In this document: in pieces, positions 11,710 to 26,620 of the stretch | Position numbering within the stretch: the first letter of the stretch is position 1 | How the letters are laid out: the number at the start of each line of letters is the position of its first letter | Source: Azolla caroliniana | Taxonomy: Eukaryota; Plantae; Polypodiophyta | Assembly (NCBI GenBank): GCA_043228905.1 | Contig: JBHGNT010000014.1 | Coordinates: 12,896,001-12,960,000 of the forward strand | Length of the DNA: 64,000 nt | Direction: 5' to 3' | Position numbers and translations under genes: made by a program | The notes under the pieces: generated by a model | The model's database searches: none | What the model was told of the DNA's origin: nothing | The model's input: only the letters and a program-made list of their open reading frames with translations

Positions 11710-12960
11710 GCTTGATTCTTCACTGCTACTGCTGTCGATGGCAATGAAGCTCTTCGGGAGGAGAAGAAAGTTGTTTAATTCTTCACTGATAGATTTATTG
11801 TCGATAAAGATTGATTCTTCAGTGATGGAACTCTTGCTTGGAGAAAATGGATTCTTCAGTGATAGCTCTACTCTTGATAAAAATGGATTTTTCAGTGATG
11901 AACCTCTCCTTGATGAGAATTGACTCTTCTTTGATGGATCTTCTTGATGAAATATGATTCGTCAGTGATGGGTCTCCTCTTCAGGAAAATAAATGTGAAC
12001 AGAAGAAGAATCCTTTCTTATGTATTATGCAAGAGGAATTGTCTTAAAAATGTGTGTGAATGGAAGGTTCTTTTCTTATGTAGTATGCAAGAAGAAGTGC
12101 CTCAGGTCAGGAGTGTTAAAAATGGATGTGGCATAGCCAGAATTTTCTTTCCAATTAGCAAGAGAATTTTTATTCAAAGGAGTTTGCATGGATAGAGGAT
12201 TTTTTTCTCATGTATTATGCAATGGATGTCTAAACACAAGCTTCTTTGTCACATGTAATGAGTAATTCCTTAAAATGTGTAGGAATGGAGATGGTATGAA
12301 CCAGATGAAGATTATTTTTTTATGTGTTATGGAAGAGATATCTTAAAAATGTATATAGATGTAAAGATATTACCGGAGACAGTCTTGTTTTCTTCTTGTA
12401 TTATGCAAGAGGAATTATTCCTCTGTACTTCTTCTGGGCAATATGATGGATTGAAAATGGTAACTTCTTATATGGGAAGGGGATTCTTATTTGTCTTCTC
12501 TATAACATTAAATGCTGCATATGTTATATGAAGAGGAAACCGATTCTCGCCTATGCTACAGAATGACATATGCCATCAAGTTGTCTCTAATTTCAATGGG
12601 TAGAGAGAGTTAAGAGGGATTGGTATTAAGCTGTGCAACGGATCAAGTTGAGATTGACTGGTATTATGTTATAGCAGATCGAGTCGAGATTGATCGATTA
12701 TAATATGTGGTTATGATGATGTATAAGGTTGAGAAAGATTGATGCTGAGTTATAGTGAGTAAGAGTTGAGAAGGGTTGGTATTAACTTATAATGGGCAGA
12801 GATTAGAAGGGCTAATGTGAAGTTATAATGGATGGAGTTTGAGAAGAGTGGGAGTGTGTAATGGATAGGGATTAGAAGGATTAATAATTAAGTTATATGG
12901 TGGATAAGAGTTGAGAAGGATTTATAAGAGACAATTGATGGATGGAAGCGAGAAGGAATG
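11710..12960. repeat. Three adjacent blocks of degenerate tandem repeats upstream of the bZIP ATG
   Basis: GATTCTTCAGTGATGG-type units (11710-11985); TGTATTATGCAAGAGGAA units (12020-12540); GTTGAGAAGG..TATTAAGTTATA units (12600-12960). Confidence 0.65.
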
Positions 12961-15751
12961 CTATATATGTAAATCACAAATGGATAAGAAAGAGTCATAG
13001 CAGGATTTGACAGAAAAGATCTTTTGGAAAAGACCTAGACAGAGAGAGAGAGAGACAGAGAGGAAATGCAAAACAAACATTTGTATTAAAAGCCAAAAAG
13101 AAGACAGAGTGGCAGACAGTTGTATTCTTGAGTTGAAGAAAATGAAGGGAAAGAACTGGTCTAACAACTTGAAAGTCGGAAAGCAAGATGGGCACTTGGC
13201 AAATCAAGGAAAGCATAAACCCAAAAAGCCAAAAAAAGCCAAAAACCAAAAAAGCAGAGCATCATTAGCACACATGCTCAAGAACAGAGAATATCCTTAA
13301 CACAGAAAACTAAACAAATCAAAAGGGTGTTTGTAAATTGTGATATCCATCCATCCATCACATGTTTTTTTTTTTGAAAAAAACCACAAGTCCGGACAAC
13401 AAATTTCGACACGCATCTACGACTCTTTTGTTTTATTTCTGTGAATCAGTAAGAAATGACAGTAGTGTTTTACAAGGATATACACATGCTCAAAAGGCAG
13501 AATGCCTTAATTATGTATATATACACTTGTGTATGTATATATACACTTGTGTATTTTTGCTTCGATGGATGACCATTGAGACTTTGATGAGCCTCAATGA
13601 TCACTACATGAGACACTCTTAAGCATATACCTAGTCAAACCTTTTTTGTTTGGGTAATGAAATAGTCACTTCGATTAAGCACGTTGATGATGTAAGTAAG
13701 TACGTTCACATTGACAAGTTATTTGGGTTTCATATATTCTATTGCGGAGTGACCTCCATTATGAGTCCAAAATCAACACTACTGATATAGATAAACTCTA
13801 CTACTTGGGAGCGAGAAATTGTTTGAGCATATACATTTTGAGATTGAGATTATTTTAGTATGATGCATGTCTATTGGCATTGAGTTTTGAGGACATATGT
13901 GGTAACATTTAAACCTCATAATCGATTCCATGATGACTTAAAAAGAGTAAAGAGAATGAGCTCTAGGCCCTTCCATGAGTTTTCAATGAGTTTTCCAAAT
14001 TTCATGTCCAATTGAACTAGCAATGCTTTTGTAGAATTAATAGGATGGTATGTTGCCATCAACCATCACATCCTATTGCTCTTGTCGCTTACGTAATGTG
14101 GTATTGGCAGCATTAACTCTATTCGCCACTTTGACTAACGCCGCCTTACATTTATTTATGCCAATATTGGCCAAGATATTTCTTTAAGTGCCACATATTT
14201 CTCTAGGTTGTGGAATAACTTGTTCTTATTCGATGTGCAAGTGGATCAAAAGGAAAAGATTTGTTATGTTAGAGTTTTCATGTAAACATTTCCCTAGTAA
14301 ATAAATACGTGTTTGTGTATTCAAGATTGATTACCCTCGCAAACATGTGCATGCGTATACATGTTTGTATTTGTTCACGTGGTGTGCACAAATGTCATTT
14401 ACTAAGCATAATCATCATGGAAATACTTTTCGAACCAATGTCGAGGAGCATAAGGATTGTGTGGGGGCCTCTTCGGACATTCGTAGGAACATCGCCAATG
14501 AAAACAATTTATGGAAAAATATAATGCGTGGTGCAAACCTAAACCTATGTTACTATTAAACTAGTGGCAATTGATGAACATTTTTTATGTTCATAATCTT
14601 GAGGCATAAATCAATGACTCGAAAATTTGATCACCAACTCTATACATAGGGATTCGACATCTAGGAATTGATGTGATTGTCAGAAGATGTGAACACGTTC
14701 TATAAATTGGTTTAATTAGATTATAAATTTGCTTCGTCAAATATATTCCATTGGTTAAAACCATTAAGCTATATGTGCACCATGCATCCATAAGCTATAC
14801 CCCTTTGATTTTGCATACCTGCCACTATTGTATTCCTTCATAAGTTTGTTCTATTCAAGAATGAACTTCAACAATATATATATATATATATATTTGTGGT
14901 GTCTTATAGGGTTTTGACACAATCAACGAACAACTTATCAAGTTGTTAATTCACCACGCAACTTTATCTACAATTCATATTCTACACATGTGGATAAAAG
15001 AAATATATTTATAGGAATGTTGCTAGAAGTTTCCCATGGTCGGTAGAGGTTCAATAAAGCAAAGGAAAACAAAACAAAAGAAGGTGTTGTAGAATAAATG
15101 GATAAGCATTATGAACATGTATAAAACAAAACAAACTAACCAACTAACGAACTAACAGAGGAATGGATAAGATATGGTTATTATATAAACTACGTTCTTG
15201 TCTTTTCTTTCTTTCTTCCAAGTCATGGAGATATGGATAAGGTGAAAGGAAGTTGTGAACAATTTTGGATAAACTCATATATTTATATTGTAAGGTTGTC
15301 AAGGAAAGAAGAATGAGAAGGTTACAAGAAGTGTGATGTGAGGCCCACTTATATATTGGACTGTGGTGGTGATGGTTCTTGTTTTATTTCTTTTGGGTAT
15401 GTGGTGGGGGTTGGGGGAGGAGGATTTTACCACCAAACTTGGCAATAAAGGCAAAGTATAGAATGAAAAACATACCAAATCTTGCGACATTTTAAAGGTA
15501 CACAACATCTTCATGTTATAATGTTCAAACCCAAAAATTGTCCAAAATACTTTCTTCTCCCTCTAGCTTCAAAAGTTTATATATCCAAACTTCAAACTTG
15601 GGTGATTCTAGCAAGCTACTGAAGTAAGATATTAAGAGTGAAGAAGTTACCATTTTATTGAGAGAGAGGAAGAGCCATTTGGGCTATAGTTGAGATAGTC
15701 ACATCTTATGACTTATATGAGAAACAGACAGATTTTGTGTTGCCTTTGAAG

Positions 15752-16429
15752 TAGCAATTGACAACGGTTTAGTTTGGTTCGAGAGTGTCAAACTCAAACC
15801 GTTTAAAAAATTGAAACTTAAACTTAACCAAACCAAATCACGAAACCATTTAAGACGAAACTGTTTAAACCAAAATTGTTCAAACTTTACCATTACAAAA
15901 AATCTAAGCTCAAATCAAATAGCTTTAGAGATTTTCAACCGTTAAATCATTAAAACCCTGGTTTCAGAATTCGGTTTCGGTTTCCAAGTTTGATCAAAAT
16001 TCAAAAATTCAAAAATTCAAAATTCAATTAAAAGTTTTAAATTCTTCAATTTTCAAATTTTAATTTTCCAAAATTTTAAAGATTTTTCCTAAAATGTCAG
16101 AATTAGGCTTAAAAATGAAAAGGTTGTTCAAAAAATTATTTAAGCAAATAATCAAGTGTCAAAATTAAACTGTCAAATCCTTTAAAGTTGAAGTTGGTAC
16201 GTATGGTTCATACTATGCAAGTTTAAACCACGGTTTTCAACCATTAAAACTTGAAACTGGTAAGGTAATAAATGTTCGAACCAAACCAAACCAAACCGTT
16301 GACCCCCAAACCGAAGTGAACCGAAACCGAACTGTTCCCAAAAACTTGAACATGAACCAAATCGTTTAAACCATTAAGCCACACTTTCATGGTTTTGTTC
16401 GGTTCAAATTGAACCATTGCCGATCGCTA
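15752..16429. mobile_element. Non-autonomous hAT-type element (MITE)
   Basis: Imperfect ~19-bp TIRs TAGCAATTGACAACGGTTT / GAACCATTGCCGATCGCTA; 8-bp TSD CTTTGAAG/CTTTGGAG; subterminal AAACCG/CGGTTT motifs. Confidence 0.85.
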
Positions 16430-16703
16430 CTTTGGAGACCAAATATGACCTACGGTAACCAATAAGGAAAGGTCAAGTGATAGTATTAACTATTTAACAC
16501 AGTCATAGTTTAGATGGTTGTCTTTTGACTTTGATGAGAGAGATATATTTTGTCATCATTCTTGAAGGTTAAATTTACCGACATGACTGGCTTGGAGAGA
16601 GGGAAAGATGAGATAGATGTGTCAACAATTTGGAAACTCAAAGGTCTTTAATAAAGAATCAATGGTGATTCTTGTGCAGTGGAATAAGTTAGAGATGTGT
16701 GTT

Positions 16704-16744
<41 letters not shown>

Positions 16745-17178
16745 GAGAGAGAAACAAGATCGATAGAATAGAGTTACAAAGGAGGTTAACCGACATATTA
16801 CAAAGTAGGAGAAGAGTGCTTTATATAGTCACTCTCTCGCTTCATTAACTACCGAAGCTCATGAGTCATGGGAAATGTGGAAATTCATTAGTTATGTGTC
16901 ATAGAATATGATCCTATGACACATAGTTAATGTGTAAAGAGTAGTGGTATGACTTTTGACCTTTGAGTGTTCATACACTCTCAAGGGTGTGTTCACACAC
17001 TAGGCTAGGTTGAGCTTGATTCTCAACACACTCCCTCAAGCTCAACTTTGGTCGGCTTGTCCGCTTCGGCTGGTACCCGATTCGAACAGTATTCGGTTCT
17101 CTTTGTTTGGTGTCCGCTTCGGTTGATACCCGGTTCGAATGTACTCCCCCTCAAGCTTGGCAAGTCAGGGATAATCAA

Positions 17179-20100
17179 TCATAGGTCTGACATAAATTGC
17201 CGAAGCTTGTCGGCTCCTAGGGCTTTGGTTAAGATGTCAGCTATTTGAAGATTCATGTTGATGTGTTGAAGGTTGACATCTCCAGCCTGAACGTGCTCTC
17301 GAATGAAGTGATAGTGCACTTCGATATGCTTCGTGCGTGCGTGGAACACTGGGTTCCGAGCCAAATAAATACTGCTCATGTTGTCGTAGTAAAGGGGAAT
17401 CAGATCTTTAATGGGAACGCCTAGATCCTTCAATATCCTCTTGAGACATATGGCTTCACATGCAGCCACCGTTGCGCCCATGTGCTCGAAAGAGCGATGG
17501 TTGGTTGCTTCTTGCTACTCCAAGAGATGGATCCACTTCCGAGGAAGAAGACGAAACCAAAGGTTGATCGTCAATCGGCTTTGTAGTCGGCCCAATCGAC
17601 ATCTGTGTACCCTTTGAGTTGAATTGGCATGACCGACTTATAGAGAATGCGATAGTCCATCGTTCCACTCACGTATCGTAGCACTCACTTAGCACAATCC
17701 AAATGGATATCTCGTGGAGTTTGCATGAATTGGCTAAGGAGGCCGACTAGATAGCTTAGGTCGGGTTGAGTGATCGTGAGGTAGATGAGGCTCTCGATTA
17801 GTTGTCGATACTGAGTCGGCTCACACTCTGTGGTGCCGGAGTCGGCATCCATTTTGAGGTTTTGATCTAGAGGGGTTGCCACAAATTTGCACTCGGTCAT
17901 CCCGAACTTGTATAACAAGTTGAAGATTTAGTGCCGTTGAGAGATCATTATTCTGATTGGAGTCCAGATTACCTCAATGCTAAGGAAGTAATGGAGCTCT
18001 TTCATGTCCGTCATCTCGAATTTGCTTGAGAGGAGGGGCTTGACCTTGTTGATGTCGACTAGATGCGCACCTCCAATGACCAGATCATCCACGTATAGGA
18101 TGATGACAATCAGACTTTCAGAATCGCTTCTTACATAGAGAGAATTGTCAGATTTTGACATTCAAAAGCCGATTCGATGAAGATATTGTGTTATCTTTGA
18201 GTGCCAAGCATGTGGTGCTTGCTTAAGGTTATAGAGAGGCTTCTTGAGTCGGCAAACGACTTTCGGATGAATGTTAGATTCGAAGCTGGGTGGTTGTACC
18301 ATGTACACCTCTAATTCTAATTTGCCTTGAAGAAAGGCGTTCTTGACATCCATCTAGTGGAGGTGCCACCCTTTCGCTGCAACAAGCGTTATCATGATCT
18401 ACATGGTTGTCATCTTTGACACTAGGGCAAAGGTCTCTTCATAGTCGACTCACTATGTTTGTGCGTAACCCTTTGCGATGAGGCGAGCTTTGTAGCGGTT
18501 GACGGAACCGTCAGCATTATACTTCACTTTGTATATCCATCTACAACCGATTGCCTTCATGTGCGGTGAGTGAGGGACGAGATCCCATATCTTGTTCTTG
18601 TTGAGATCTTGCATCTCCTCGCTCATCGCTTTGACCCATTGTGGATCTTTAGTGGCTTCGGCAAAGCTCTCCGGTTCTCGAGCTGCTGCCACCATCATAA
18701 AGGCATAGTGATATGCCATATAGTCGTTGTAGCTGAATCGGCTAACCGGATTCTTCTCTCGGGTGGAGTGACGGAGTTTCTCATTTCCCAATGTGAGTGC
18801 TTTCTTAACTCTGGGTGACCTTATAAGAGGCACAACATAGCCATCGAACTCACTATCGAGTGAGTGAACCGATTCGTTGTTGTCGAAGTGATCGCCTTCA
18901 TATTCCTGCATTTTGGCCTTCCCTTTGTCCATCTTTGGACTTGACCGAGATATGCTTTGGTTGCTTGGAGGCTCTTCTGGTCCTCTCAATCTGGTTGAGA
19001 TCGGACTCTCTTCGGGTATTGACCTTCGTTGATCATCGTCTTCTGTGTTGTCGAGGTTGTTCGTAGATGGTTTGGGAGGAGTCGGCTCGGGTTTGTACCA
19101 TGATGTCGATTTGTCAAAGACGACATCCCGACTTACACGAGCCTTCCGAGTAGAGGGGTTGAAGCACTTGTACCCCTTTTTCTCTAGTGAGTACCCCACG
19201 AGGATGCACTTCTCTGATTTTGGGTCAAGCTTTTGCCTCTTCTCATCGAGAATGGAGCCGAATATCCTTGAATGGGATAGATCCGGCTTCTTCCCATAGT
19301 ATTTCTCGTGCGGGGTGACCTCGTGCACTCCGGATGTTGTGCACCAGTTCATGAGGTACACGACAGTATTTGTAGCTTTTGTCCAATATGACTTGGGCAT
19401 ATGCTTCTCGTTGAGCATGGCCCGTGCTACTTCGAGGATGTGTCGATTCTTGCGTTCGGCTACACCGTTCTGTTGTGGTGTGTGTCGGCAAGTGAATTCT
19501 CGCCAAATTCCTTCTTGGCAAAGGTATGCCGTGAATGCATCTAAGAAGTATTCCTTACCTCCGTCTGACTGAAGACATCGTACATGGCGGCCAATTGTCT
19601 TTTCAACTTCGCTTTTGAATTTTTGGAACTGTGAAAACACTTCCTTCTTCATCCTCATGGGAAACATCCATGTGTATCTAGAGAAGTCATCGATGAAGAT
19701 AACATAGTACCGACATCCTCTGAATGTGGCAGTCTATGCCGGTTCCCACACATCCGAGTGGACTATGTCCAATAGGCCTTTGCTCAAGTTCCTCTCCTTC
19801 GGGAACGGGTGCCGATGTTGCTTGCCGAATTGGCATGCTTCACATACTCCTTTAATCTCTTTCTCTTTGAAGGTCGGGTGCCCAATGAAGACTCCTTTCG
19901 ATTGCATCGCCTTGAGTTTATTGAGATTGATATGTCTGATTCTTTTATGCCATAGCTCTATGTTGGTGTCAGGCTTGAGGCCCTTTGCAAACATGGCCGA
20001 TTTTACCTTGTTTGCTTTGAGGATAAACATTCAGCCTTCCTCTTGACCACGAGCAATTAGTCGGCCTTCCTTCTTGATGAAGCAACCACCTTGGTTGAAT

Positions 20101-20647
20101 CGATCTTGCATCCCTTGCTCCACAATTTGGCTGACCAAGATCAAATTCTTCGTTCTGGTGGGTACATGCAAGACATTTTTGATGCAAGTTTGTTCACCTT
20201 CTTTCCCGAATGGGACATTGCCGACATGCTGAATCAGATGAGTGATGTCGTCTCTGGTCTCAACATAACCGGGTCGATCCAGCTCTGGAAGGTCTTTGAA
20301 CCATTCTTGATGGGACGTCATATGGTTCGAAGCACCTGCGTCAACGAACCATACATCTTCTGGATTGGAGGCATTAGTCGAAGTAGAGGCTGACATAGAA
20401 TTTGCTCTATGTCTCAATACAAACATTTTGCCATTATCTTCATAGTCAGAGTTGGTGGCGTAATTGATGAGTTGTCGGCTAGTGGAAGCCGACTCACACA
20501 TCTTCTTTTGGCACTCTTCTTCGTGGTGACCGATTTTGCCGCAATATCCACATTCGATCGAGTTTTGTAGGCTCGAACCGGAATGGAAGCTCCCCCTTCT
20601 TTCGAAGGTTCCTTGATGCCGAAATTGGGAGTTGTTTTCGTAGGTCA
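17179..20647 (-). pseudogene. pol: Copia A zinc knuckle/protease/integrase/RT/RNase H, with stops
   Basis: CGYCGKIGHHEEEC; WFVDAGASNHM; HSDVW, SDGGKEY, QQNGVAERKNR; MDVKNAFL, LYVDDL; RTKHIEVHYHF. Confidence 0.92.
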
Positions 20648-23600
20648 TGTTGGGAAGTGGTCCCTCCGGATGGGATCCGGATGAGAATCAGATGAGCCAG
20701 ATGAAGAAGCCGGATTCGGAAGGGTTCCGGATAAGATCTGAAAACCGGAACCAGTGAATTTGGTGCGAACCGGATCCAAGGACATATTTGTAAATATGTT
20801 AGAGTAAGCCCATTGAAGCTATATTTGTAAATAGCCTAAAAGTCATATAAGTATAAATATGACTTAGGGAAATCATTTAAAAGTGTGGTTGTCAATTGTT
20901 GTTGAGACCATATATTGTACAGAGAGTGAGTGAGTGAGAGTGAGTGAGACACAGAGCGATACTCTGTTGTAACCGCTGCTTGGTGATGATACAGAGCTCA
21001 AGGTCATTGCCTCTGAGTCTCTAATTGTACCTTTCTCATATAGTGATAGTTTGGAGTTTGTGGGCTCCCGTGGTTTTTTCCCTATTTAGGGTTTTTCCAT
21101 GTAAACATCCTGTGTCATCTCGGTCTTCCCATTTCTGTGTTTGATTCTCATTGAAGGGATTCAAGACTCGGTTGTGGTCGAGCAACATTCCGCGTTATTT
21201 TTCTACAATCTAGTATTAGAACGAACAACACAGGAAATGGAAGAGTCGTTCAGCGGCATGTTCAAGCTCACCAGCTTCAACTACTCAGTGTGGAAGTTGA
21301 AGATGAGGGACATGCCCGTGGTCAAAGATCTCTGGCTGCCTGTACAGTTTGGGGACATGAAACCTGACAAGATCGATGCCACAATATGGGAGGTGATGCA
21401 CGTGAAGACGACGACGTACATCCGGTGCTTCATGGACATGAGCCTATTCAACAACTTCAATGAAGAAAGTAAGGCTCATGAACTCTGGGAGAAGGTCGAC
21501 ATCATGTTCTAGAACAAAAATGTCGTTAATTGGGTTTCGGTATTCTGGAAGGTAGGGAGGCTCCGGTACCATGAAGACTCTAGTATGGCGGAGCACATGA
21601 ATGCCTTCTAGGGGCAAATACACCAAGCCACCTCATTGGAAGTACCTCTCGCGGATGAGGTACTCATATTGCTCCTGCTCGGTTCCCTCCCAGATAGTTG
21701 GGAGACATTAGTTGTCACGTTGGGCAACATTGGGCCGGAATGAAAGTAGTTGTCCCTAGCAAGGGTAAAATCAAGCTTGCTAGATGAAGAAGCTCGCCGA
21801 AAGGAGCGGGAGTCCGGAACCTATCCGAAGGCCTTGTTTATGGAAGATGACCACAACCGGGGAAGAGGCCGGTATCGGAGTCCCCAAAATCGGGACAAAT
21901 CGGGAACGAGTTCGAAGTCGAGGGGGAGGCCTACTTGCTTCTACTCTGGGAAGCCGGGGCACTTCCAGAAGAATTGTCGGCATTTCCGGAAAGAGAAAGG
22001 AACCGACAGTGCCGATTCGAAGAAGGGTTCGGACTGGAAAGGATCGGATCGGAAGGGAACGTTGGCAATCGCAACAAGTGAAGAAGAACTGATGCTCATT
22101 ACCGAGGAGAATGAGTTAAACCTTGTTGGCAACGAGACAACGTGGGTTGTCTACTCCGGAGCGTCGTTCCACCCGACCCTAGACCAGAGATGCTTCTCAT
22201 CCTACACAACCAGAGATCACGGTTGTGTCCGGATGGGGAATGAAGGGACCTGCCGAATCATCGGCATAGGAGATGTGTTGTTGACAACATCAACCAGATG
22301 CAAGTTGATGTTGAAGGATGTCTGAGACGTTCCGGAGGTTCGGTTGAACCTGATATTAGCCGGTTGGCTAGATGATGAAGGCTACACGGGTAGCAGCTGG
22401 AATGGAGTCATGAAATTCAGAGGGGGAAGATTGATTGTGGCTCGAGCCCGGAAGATCAACACACTGTACTTCATGCAGGCCCGGATATGCCGGGAAGAAG
22501 TGAGCGTAGCATCCGACACTGCCGGTGAGTTGTGGAACAAGAGCTTGTGCCGTATGAGTCAGAAGGGGATGAGGAGACTTGCAACTTGAGAAGTGCACCG
22601 ATTGCTTGGCCGGCAAGCAAAACCGAACCTCCTTCCGGTCAAGAGCACCGATGAGACGGAATGCACCACTAGAACTGGTGCATACTGATGTGTGTCAAGT
22701 CGACACGAGGTCACATGCCGGATCGCAATACTTCGTGACGTTCATAGACGAACACAACCGGAAGCTGTGGGTCTCACCGCTGAAGACAAAGGATCTGGTG
22801 TTGTCTGTCTTCAAGGAACTCCACGCGAGAGTGGAAAGAGAAACCGGTAGGAAGCTGAAAGCGGTTCGAGCAGATAACGGAGGAGAATACCGGGGGCAGT
22901 TCGAGGAGTACTGTCGGTCAAAGGGAATCCGGTTTGAATTCACCGTGCTGAAGACGCCGGAATTGAACGGGCTGGCTGAATGGATGAACCAGGCCATAAT
23001 GGAGAGAGTCCAGAGCATGCTAGCACATGCCAAGCTACCCAAGACATTTTGGGTTGAGACGCTGATGGCAGCGACCTATGTGATAAACAGATCACCCTCA
23101 ACACCCTTGGATGGAGACACACCACAAAGAGTATGGACTGGTAAAGACGTGTCTTACTGGCATCTAAAGGTGTTCGGGTGTCTCGATTATGTGCATGTTG
23201 CGAAGGACAAGAGAGCAAAGCTGGATCTGAAGTCCAAGCCATGCATATTCCTCGGATACGGCATTGATGAGTTCGGTTACCGGGTGTGGGATCTGGTCGA
23301 CAAGAAGGTTTTCTGGAGTCGGGACATTATCTTCATGGAGGATAAGACCATTGACGACTGGGAGTTGGAGAAAAAGATAATGAATTCCAGCTCGACAGGC
23401 AAAGATCAACTGAAGGAGCTGAGGATCCATCCGGTCAGAAGCCGAATGACACTCGAAGAACCGGCCAGATTCAGAGCAGAAACTGAACCGACCGAAGAAG
23501 AAGAAGTGGAAGTTGAAACTTGAACCGGACAAGACCCCGAAACAGATTCGGATCAAGAACAGATGGAAGAACCAATTGCCGAAAACCAAGGACGAAGATA

Positions 23601-26600
23601 CCCTCTTAGAGAGAGAAGAGCCCCCCCGAGATATCCGGATGCAGAGCACGTATCGCTAACCGATGAGGGGGAGCCGGAAAGCTTCGAAGAAGCAAAGAAA
23701 GACACCCACAACTTATGGGGGTTAAGTGCCATGTAGGACGAGATGGATTCCCTGCATGAGAACCACACATACGAATTGACGGAGTTGCCGAAAGGGAAGA
23801 GAGGACTCCGGAACAAGTGGGTGTCAAAGCTGAAACCGGGAGATGCTAGAAACCCGCTGAGATACAAAGCCCGAATTGCAGCGAAGGGTTTCTAGAAGAA
23901 GAAGGGAGTGGACTTCGATGAGATTTTTGCCCCGGTAGTAAAGATGACATCCATCTGGACGGTATTGAGCATAGTGGCAAGCATGGACCTCGAGGTAAAG
24001 CAACTAAATGTCAAGATGGCATTCCTACAAGGCGACCTCGAAGAAGAGATCTACATGCATCACCTGGAAAGATTTGAGAAGAAAGGGAAGGAGCAATTGG
24101 TGTGCCGTTTGAAGAAAAGCTTATACAGATTGAAGCAAGCCCCCCGACAATGGTACCGGAATTTCAACTCCTTCATGACCGACCAAGGGTACCACAAGAC
24201 GCAAGCTGACCACTGCGTATTTGTGAAGATATTTGATGGAGGAGATTTCCTGATATTTCTCCTTTATGTGGATGATATGCTAATCATCGGACGAGACCAA
24301 GTCAAGATACAAATGTTGAAGAAGGCTCTGAACCGGACCTTCTCAATGAATGATTTGGGTCCGACAAGACAGATATTGGGAATGCACATCATTCGGGATC
24401 GATCGAAGAAGCTGTTGTGGTTGTCACAGGAAAAGTATGTGACAATGGTACTCCAAAGGTTCAAGACGTCGGAGGCGAAACCGGTTGGATCAACACTTCC
24501 GGAAAATTGCAAGTTGTCTGGAAAGCAGAGCCCGAAGTCAAAGGCAGAGAAGTCGGATATGATGAAGATACCATATGCCTCTGCCGTCGGAAGCTTAATG
24601 TACGTAATGGTGTGCACCCAACCGGATATTGCATATGCTGTCGGAGTAGTCAGGTGGTTCATGAACAATCCAAGAAAAGACCACTGGAACGCGGTGTCGC
24701 GGTAATCTGTGGGTATGTGTCAAAAGGGGCGGAACCACGGGGGTTTCGGACGAGGAAGAGATGGATGCCGGGAAACCGACTCTCTCCGGTCTTGGCTGCA
24801 CCGGTTGTGGTAGAAAACGGAGCGATTCCAGACGTGTACCGAAGGCTATCGAACGTGAGAGAGGGAGAGAGAGAGAATACGTGCAACACCGACTCAACAC
24901 ACACCACTTATGTACAGAAAAGGAAAGAAGAAAATTCCAAAGATGTAGACACAGACACAGATGCACAGAACTTCACTATATATGTACAAGAGCAAGATAC
25001 AACTCCGGCTTCGAGCCAGACTAAGGGAGGTTAGGTTACAAAAACAGTCTGCTGCCAAGCCATCGATCGGGGAGCTCTTGGGCTCGTCACGCCGATCGGG
25101 GTCTTGCATAGGAGATAGAGTAGAAGCGAAAACCCCTTAGGACATACAAGGTCTTAACTGGACTAAACCCTAAACAGACACGAAGATTCAACTCCCATGA
25201 TGACGAAGAAGAAGACCTAGATGAAACCCTAAAGAAAGTAAGTAAGGAAGAAAGAAGAGAAAAACTATCATACCTTAGACCTAGGTGGTATACCCTTCTA
25301 ACTCAAAATGGGCAACCCCTCTACAAGGGACCCTCCCTTCCTTTTATAGCCCAAGGAGGAAGGGATGTTACAATGTGGGATAAATCCCTTATTACATGGG
25401 ATTCTGTGTCCCAACTTGACTCCTATTCGGCACCCCATTATCTTACACGGGTATACAAGGGTGAGTGCTCACGCCGCACCTCGCCGATATTCCCAATAGG
25501 CCCGGTTTTTTCACTATGGCCGTGAATCTTCACGACAACGGTCAAGTGGATACTCCGGTATCTGAAAGGCACCTCGAGTATGTGCCTCTGGTTTGGATAT
25601 GGTAAACCCCAACTCAACAGATTCACAGATTCGGATATGTCGGCTGATGCAGATGCTAGCCGGTCTACATCCGGATATGTCATGACTTATGTAGGGGGAG
25701 CCGTATCGTGGCAGTCACGTTTGCAGAAGTCTGTGGCACTATTGACAACGGAAGTAGAGTATATGGTAGCTGTGGAAGAAGGCAAGGAAGTAATCTGGAT
25801 GTAGGACTTCATCAAAGAGCTAGAAATCCGATAGGAGGAATACCGGTTGTACTGCGACAATCAAAGTCTCATTCACCTTGCGCAGAATGCAACCTACCAA
25901 TCCCAGACCATGCACATCCAGAGGAGATATCACTGGCTCTAGGAGAAGGTAGAAGATCCAGACTTCGTGTTGACGAAGATCCACACGAAGGAGAACGGAT
26001 CGGATATGCTGACCAAGGTGCTTTCAACTGACAAGTTGGATGTGAGCCAGAAACGGATCGGATTAACGAGAAATCCCATGCCAAAGTGAAGGGGGATTTT
26101 TTGGGAATTTGGTCCCTCAGGATGGGATCCGGACGAGCCAGATGAAGAAACCGGATTCGGAAGGGTTCAAGATAAGATCCGGAAATTGGAACCAGTGAAT
26201 CCGGATGGATCCGGTGCAAACCGGATCCAAGGACATATTTGTAAATATGTTAGAGTAAGCCCATTGAGGCTATATTTGTAAATAGCCTAAAATTAATATA
26301 AGTATAAATATGACTTAGGGAAATCATTTAAAAGTATGGTTGTCAGTTGTTGTTGAGACCATATATTGTACAAAGAGTGAGAGAGAGTGAGACATAGAGC
26401 GATACAGAGCTCGAGGTTGTTGCCTCTGAGTCTCTGATTGTACCTTTCGCATATAGTTATAGTTTGGAGTTTGTGGGCTCCTACGGTTTTTTCCCTATTT
26501 AGGGTTTTTCCACGTAAACATCCCGTGTCATCTCAGTCTTCCCATTTCTGTGTTTGATTCTAATCAAAGTGATTCAAGACTCGGTTGTGGCCGAGCAACA

Positions 26601-26620
26601 TTCCGCGCTATTTTTCTACA
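20648..26620 (+). mobile_element. Copia element B (Tnt1/Tork-like), decayed; older relative of element C
   Basis: LTRs 20648-21207 and ~26099-26620; degenerate PBS at ~21211; PPT 26083-26096; broken gag-pol collinear with 27969-32027; degenerate TSD GGTCA/TGTCG. Confidence 0.92.
24695..25537 (-). mobile_element. Solo LTR-like insertion in Copia B RT/RNase H
   Basis: TGTCG...CGACA termini; interrupts HWNAV/KW coding; flanks GCGG/ACGG; CTATAAAAG on the minus strand near 25340. Confidence 0.8.

Noticed and set aside
11708-11923. Repeat-peptide ORF upstream of the bZIP
   Set aside because: Arises from minisatellite units that do not keep frame on the gene strand; not the SIRT uORF
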